From Alphaproteobacteria bacterium (GTDB taxonomy: Bacteria > Pseudomonadota > Alphaproteobacteria > RF32 > CAG-239), in contig JAFSWL010000022.1 of NCBI GenBank assembly GCA_017444525.1, forward strand, positions 73,879-137,878: 64,000 nt of DNA. Direction: 5' to 3'. Below are positions 59,323-64,000 of this stretch, piece after piece. The position numbers and the translations under genes are program-made. How positions within the stretch are numbered: position 1 is the stretch's first letter; the number at the start of each line of letters is the position of its first letter. A model generated the notes under the pieces. That model saw only the letters and a list, made by a program, of their open reading frames with translations, was not told the DNA's origin and did not search any database.

Positions 59323-62300
59323 CGGCAATCTCCTTGATTTCTGGTTGTTTTTGAAAATATTCTTTAATTGTTTCAAAAATTGCAAAAAGCGCCGGAATAA
59401 AAATTATGCCGATAACCGTTGCAAAAATCATACCGAAGAATACCGCTGAACCAATAGCTATTTGAGAACCGGCACCGGCTCCCTTAGCTATGATCATCGG
59501 AAATACGCCCAAAATAAAAGTAAATGCCGTCATCAACACCGCCCGATAACGTTCATCTGCTCCCTTTTGCGCAGATTCGGCTATACTGTATCCTTGCTCA
59601 CGGTACATTTTAGTAAATTCAACAATCAAAATTGCATTTTTTGCTGACAGACCGATGAGCATTACCAAACCGAGCTGAGCATAGATACTAAGTGCTTCTC
59701 CCATGAAAAATAAGCCTATTAACGCGCCCAATATGGCAAAAATCGTCGAGAAAATTACAGAAAGAGCCAAAAACCAACTTTCATACAATGCCACCAAAAA
59801 CAGATAGCAAAATACGGCTGCCAAAGCGATGAGAATACCGGCAACTCCACGATTTTCTACCTCTTGCAAGCTTAATCCGGTCCAAGCAATATCATAATTG
59901 TCTCCGCCTTTTTCCTGAATATTTTCCAACGTATCAAGTGCCGTACCGCTACTGACTCCATTTCGCGATAAAGCAGTTACTCCGGCTGATGTATATTGAT
60001 TGAAGCGGTAAACAATTTTAGGAGAAAGCTCAGTTTTGATATCCGCAAAACTATCTATTCTGATGAGCTTTCCATCTTGTGTGCGCACCTGTAAGCGTCC
60101 AATATCATCTATGCTGCCACGGTACGCGTAGTCCGCTTGCAATATGACTTTGTTCACCTGTCCGCTTAATGTGATATTATTTATATAACGTGAACCGAGA
60201 TTATTCTGCAAAACTGCAAATAAGTCTGCCACACTTATTTTATAATATTCGGCTTTTCGGCGGTCTATATCGAGGTAAATATGTGGTGTGTCGGCAGTAA
60301 AAGTGGAAAAAGCATAGCTGAAATCAGGTGAGCTGTTTACTTCCAACAGATATTTATTTAATTGCTGCGCTAATTCTGAAGCGGATATTTCATTGTCGGT
60401 TGCCAAATATTCAAAGGAAATACCGTTACTCTGTCCCACTCCGACAATTGCCGGCGGAGCAAAAAAGTTTATTTTGGCTTGATTAAATCCGATAAATTCC
60501 TGACTCAATCTATTACGAATCGCATCGGCTGAAAGTTTTTTATCGGTGCGATCAGCCCAAGGTTCCAAACCCACAACACCGAAAGCTACATTTTCCCCTC
60601 CGGCCCCGAGCATACTATAACCAGCAACTGTCATAAAGTATTTTACACCCTGCGTTTTTTGAATGCGTCGGTTCATTTCACTGATTACTTCATTGGTTTG
60701 GTTGATGCCGGCAATGTCCGGTAATTGGATATTTGCAAATAAAATTCCCTGATCTTCCTCCGGCAAAAATGATGTGGGCATGAACTTAAACAACAATCCG
60801 ATAACACCTATCGTTATCAAAACGAGCAATGATGTTATCTTTAGCCGCCCGGCTAAATAACCGACAAAACGCAAATAATGACCGCGCGTCCAATTCAGGA
60901 ACATATCGAATTTTTGAAAAAAGATACCGACGGCTCGGGTTGTCTTGTTACGCAAAAATATCGCACACAATGCCGGACTTAAGGTCAATGCGTTAATTGA
61001 AGAAAAACTTACCGAGGTGGCAATAGTAACCGCAAATTGTTGATATATTTTTCCGGTAATGCCAGCCATTAAGCCGACCGGAATAAATATCGCCAACAAA
61101 ACAAACGTTGTGGCAATTACCGCTCCGCCGATTTCATGCATAGCCTTAACTGCTGCATCATGCGCATTTAGGCTTTCTTTAGAAATAAGATATTGTACCC
61201 GCTCAACTACGATTATAGCATCATCAACCACTAAACCGATGGCTAAAATCATGGCAAATAGAGTCAAAATATTGATGTTATATCCCAAAACATAAATCAC
61301 GGCAAAAGTGGCTATCAGTGAGACCGGTATCGTCAGCAGAGGGATCATGGTTGTAGTTATTTTTTGTAAAAATACATATGTTACCAATACCACTAAAATA
61401 AACGTAATAATTAAAGTATCTAAAATACTTTTGATTGAAGCCCGCACATAATCGGTTGAATCATATAAAACACGGAATTCAATGTCCGGAGGTAAACGTT
61501 TGCTTATTTCCGCCATTTTTTTACGAATATTTTGCATAATCTGTAAAGAATTCGAGTTAGGTGTTTGATTAATAGCCATAATTAAAGCAGGTGAATCATT
61601 ATAGGCTGATTTCAAATTATAAATATCTGCCCCCAGCTCAATATGTGCCACATCTTTTAAATAGACGATACCTCCGGCCATGTCCGAAGTAACCACAATA
61701 TTTTCGAAATCCTCCACTGTTTTCAATAAACCTTTGGCTGTCAGCGACAAGACTATTTTATTATCACTGCTGCTCGGTGCCGCACCGACACTTCCGACAG
61801 AAGCCTGAACATTTTGCGTTTTGACGGCATTCATAACATCATCGGCCGTCAATCCCAGGCTATAAAGTTTATCGCTGTTAAGCCATATCCGCATACTATA
61901 TTGCGGGCCGAAAATTTGTACATCTCCAACCCCTTTGACACGCGATAACGTGTTTTTTAAATTTGTGTAAGCATAATTACTTAAAAATAAATCGTCGTAA
62001 GTATGATTGGGCGAACGCAGCACCAGCATTGCCAAGATATTGGAATTTTGTGTTTTGACATTCACACCGTATTGCGTTACTTCTTGCGGTAATTCCGACA
62101 TTACCTGCTGCAAACGGTTTTGTACTTTTACCTGTGCTATATCTGCATCGGTTCCCACCTCGAAAGTTACCGTCAGTTTATAAGCTCCGTTGTCATCAGA
62201 AGATGATGACATATAAAGCATATTGTCCACTCCGTTAACTTCATTTTCTATTGGTATGGCAACCGTATCTGCCAGAACTTGAGCATTGGCACCAATGTAA

Positions 62301-62446
62301 TTTGTGGAAACTACAATTTGCGGCGGAGTAATTTCCGGATATTGCGCTACCGGCAAAACCGCTAAGGCCAATAATCCGAGCAATATCATTACTATGGAGA
62401 CAACAATCGCAAAACGCGGTCGATTTATAAAAAATTCAGAAAACAT
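59315..62446 (-). CDS. RND multidrug efflux transporter (AcrB family)
   Basis: At 1043 aa it has a 12-transmembrane RND profile and two large periplasmic loops. Confidence 0.9.
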   Translation of the reverse strand: MFSEFFINRPRFAIVVSIVMILLGLLALAVLPVAQYPEITPPQIVVSTNYIGANAQVLADTVAIPIENEVNGVDNMLYMSSSSDDNGAYKLTVTFEVGTDADIAQVKVQNRLQQVMSELPQEVTQYGVNVKTQNSNILAMLVLRSPNHTYDDLFLSNYAYTNLKNTLSRVKGVGDVQIFGPQYSMRIWLNSDKLYSLGLTADDVMNAVKTQNVQASVGSVGAAPSSSDNKIVLSLTAKGLLKTVEDFENIVVTSDMAGGIVYLKDVAHIELGADIYNLKSAYNDSPALIMAINQTPNSNSLQIMQNIRKKMAEISKRLPPDIEFRVLYDSTDYVRASIKSILDTLIITFILVVLVTYVFLQKITTTMIPLLTIPVSLIATFAVIYVLGYNINILTLFAMILAIGLVVDDAIIVVERVQYLISKESLNAHDAAVKAMHEIGGAVIATTFVLLAIFIPVGLMAGITGKIYQQFAVTIATSVSFSSINALTLSPALCAIFLRNKTTRAVGIFFQKFDMFLNWTRGHYLRFVGYLAGRLKITSLLVLITIGVIGLLFKFMPTSFLPEEDQGILFANIQLPDIAGINQTNEVISEMNRRIQKTQGVKYFMTVAGYSMLGAGGENVAFGVVGLEPWADRTDKKLSADAIRNRLSQEFIGFNQAKINFFAPPAIVGVGQSNGISFEYLATDNEISASELAQQLNKYLLEVNSSPDFSYAFSTFTADTPHIYLDIDRRKAEYYKISVADLFAVLQNNLGSRYINNITLSGQVNKVILQADYAYRGSIDDIGRLQVRTQDGKLIRIDSFADIKTELSPKIVYRFNQYTSAGVTALSRNGVSSGTALDTLENIQEKGGDNYDIAWTGLSLQEVENRGVAGILIALAAVFCYLFLVALYESWFLALSVIFSTIFAILGALIGLFFMGEALSIYAQLGLVMLIGLSAKNAILIVEFTKMYREQGYSIAESAQKGADERYRAVLMTAFTFILGVFPMIIAKGAGAGSQIAIGSAVFFGMIFATVIGIIFIPALFAIFETIKEYFQKQPEIKEIADV

Positions 62447-62449
62447 TCG

Positions 62450-63580
62450 TTATTTCTCCGCTTGAGGTAGATGTATTGCCACTTTTTGATTAAGCATGCG
62501 CGGTTCAATATTTTCATTAACCAAATAGGTATCAGCCGCAAAATCGTTGCGTAATACATATTGGTTATTATAAGTACCGTAAATATGGATCTTCTGAGTT
62601 TTTAAAATTCCGTTTTGCACCACATTGATATAATTACCGTCGGAGCGCATATCTACATAATTTTTGGGATAAAGAACGGCATCGTCGTAAGCTCTTTCCA
62701 ACAGAATCTCAACATAGGCATTAGGCATCAACTTGCGTTTGGGATTGGCAAATTCAGCATAAACTGCGACAGAACCGGTTTGATTATTCACAACATTTTC
62801 CGTATATTGTATCACACCGGTATTTTCGTATATATCACCGTTTGCCATCTTTAATCTGACCACCAAATTCTGCACTGTCTCATTTTGAAAGTGATTTAAG
62901 TATTCTTTATCCGAAATGGAGAATACCACGCGAATCGGATCATATTGTACCACTTCCATTAAGTTACGGCTTTGCGGAGAAACATATTCTCCCACTGACA
63001 TATTTATATTTCCCAAAACTCCGTCAAAAGGTGCGGTTAAATTTGTATATTCCAATTCGGTCTGCGCCGTTTCTTGGCCGGCTTCGGCCTTTTTTAAGGC
63101 AGCTGCAGCCGTCAAATATCCAGCTTCGGCATTATCCAAATCGGTTGGAGAAACAGCCTTATTACCGGCTTTTTGCATCCTTTCGTATTTTATTTTTGCA
63201 TTATATAAATCTGCCATGGCCGAAGATACATCTGCTTCTGCCTGCGCAAGAGCGGCAACATATTCCGATTGTTTGATAGTTGCCAATACTTCACCTTTTT
63301 TCACAAATTGGCCGCCGGTTGCAGATATTTTGATAATATAACCGCTGATATACGGAACAATTTGCGCTTGATTAATAGCATCAACCCTCCCGATATAATT
63401 ATCAGTCAAAGTTATATTCTGCGACTCTGGCAGTAAAACCGATATTTGCGGCAAATCGGTATTTGTAACAGATATCGGAGAATGTCGATGATGATAAGTC
63501 CAATATCCTGCATTTAAAATAATAACCAACAGAGCAAATGCTCCCACTCTTGAGATAATTTTTTTATGCTGTTCTTTCAT
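62450..63580 (-). CDS. RND efflux membrane fusion protein (AcrA family)
   Basis: An N-terminal anchor is followed by coiled-coil/lipoyl/beta-barrel MFP regions. It lies upstream of the RND pump. Confidence 0.8.
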   Translation of the reverse strand: MKEQHKKIISRVGAFALLVIILNAGYWTYHHRHSPISVTNTDLPQISVLLPESQNITLTDNYIGRVDAINQAQIVPYISGYIIKISATGGQFVKKGEVLATIKQSEYVAALAQAEADVSSAMADLYNAKIKYERMQKAGNKAVSPTDLDNAEAGYLTAAAALKKAEAGQETAQTELEYTNLTAPFDGVLGNINMSVGEYVSPQSRNLMEVVQYDPIRVVFSISDKEYLNHFQNETVQNLVVRLKMANGDIYENTGVIQYTENVVNNQTGSVAVYAEFANPKRKLMPNAYVEILLERAYDDAVLYPKNYVDMRSDGNYINVVQNGILKTQKIHIYGTYNNQYVLRNDFAADTYLVNENIEPRMLNQKVAIHLPQAEK

Positions 63581-63639
63581 AATTTTCTCCGCATTGATGA
63601 CTTCTTAAATAAGTGCAATCAAATCTTTTTCAATATTGT

Positions 63640-64000
63640 TTACTGCATTAATTCTATGGCCTTGGTGATTTTACGAATCGAATTAAGTTCAATTTGGCGC
63701 ACTCTTTCTTTCGAAATGTTGTAGACTTTACTCAAATCATCCAGCGTAATATTATCTTCGCACATACGGCGTTTATAGAGAATATCCTTTTCACGCGGAT
63801 TCAGTACCGTAATTGCCCGACGAAAAAGTTTACGGCGATAATTCATGGTTTCACGGTATGAAAATTGTTCTTCCTGATTAGGTTTTGTATCATATATAAA
63901 ATCCATCCATTCCGTACCGCCGTCGCCGTTTTGGCTGTCTACCGATACATTAAGCGAACCGTCATGAGCTTTAAGTCGTGTATTCATATCGGTTACTTCC
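63640..64000 (-). CDS. rpoH: RNA polymerase sigma-32-like factor, 3' part; the gene continues beyond the window edge
   Basis: Sigma-70 region 4 reads LDDLSKVYNISKERVRQIE, and region 3-4 has RpoH-like spacing. The N-terminus lies outside the window. Confidence 0.5.
   Translation of the reverse strand, partial: EVTDMNTRLKAHDGSLNVSVDSQNGDGGTEWMDFIYDTKPNQEEQFSYRETMNYRRKLFRRAITVLNPREKDILYKRRMCEDNITLDDLSKVYNISKERVRQIELNSIRKITKAIELMQ

Overview
This is an AT-rich window that is gene-dense on both strands. Gene content points to an alphaproteobacterium, likely host-associated. The evidence is an addB-addA operon, an atpI-atpB-atpE-atpF'-atpF F0 operon and an ankyrin-repeat protein. This taxonomic call is an inference from gene content and order, not a search result.

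Housekeeping genes I can recognise include uvrA, tyrS, rplQ, trxA, addB/addA, rdgB, rph, aroK, a Xer recombinase, fba, greA, tgt, queH, ldcA, anmK, murJ, an nfu-like gene and a partial rpoH at the 3' edge. There is also an RND efflux operon (acrA-like, acrB-like, TolC-like) and several ABC transporters. The ORF track uses alternative start codons, so I re-set several starts to ATG codons that have a Shine-Dalgarno sequence.

The most unusual content is a family of about 150-nt structured RNA genes. Each has a promoter-like motif, a multi-helix fold supported by compensatory base changes between copies, and an intrinsic terminator. They occur as two tandem pairs. Each pair sits immediately upstream of a 74-aa XRE-type HTH gene. 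The two RNA-RNA-HTH cassettes are direct repeats bracketing uvrA. A fifth, divergent copy with the same architecture lies downstream of fba on the minus strand. An isolated 5' module of the family serves as the trxA terminator.

Other accessory features:
- A roughly 3.7-kb insert bounded by a direct duplication of the 3' end of the msbA-like ABC gene. It carries three paralogous surface-protein genes (one truncated) and a lipoprotein/ankyrin gene pair in overlapping frames.
- A 984-aa glycosyltransferase with tandem GT2 domains and two decayed duplicate 3' ends.
- A giant fused ABC-2 permease/GldG-like protein.
- An orphan histidine kinase with a cysteine-rich PAS-like domain.
- A five-gene minus-strand operon: a MinD-like ATPase, a J-domain/SH3 membrane protein, tgt, a LOG-family gene and an ABC exporter.

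I found no tRNA genes, rRNA genes, CRISPR arrays or recognisable transposases.
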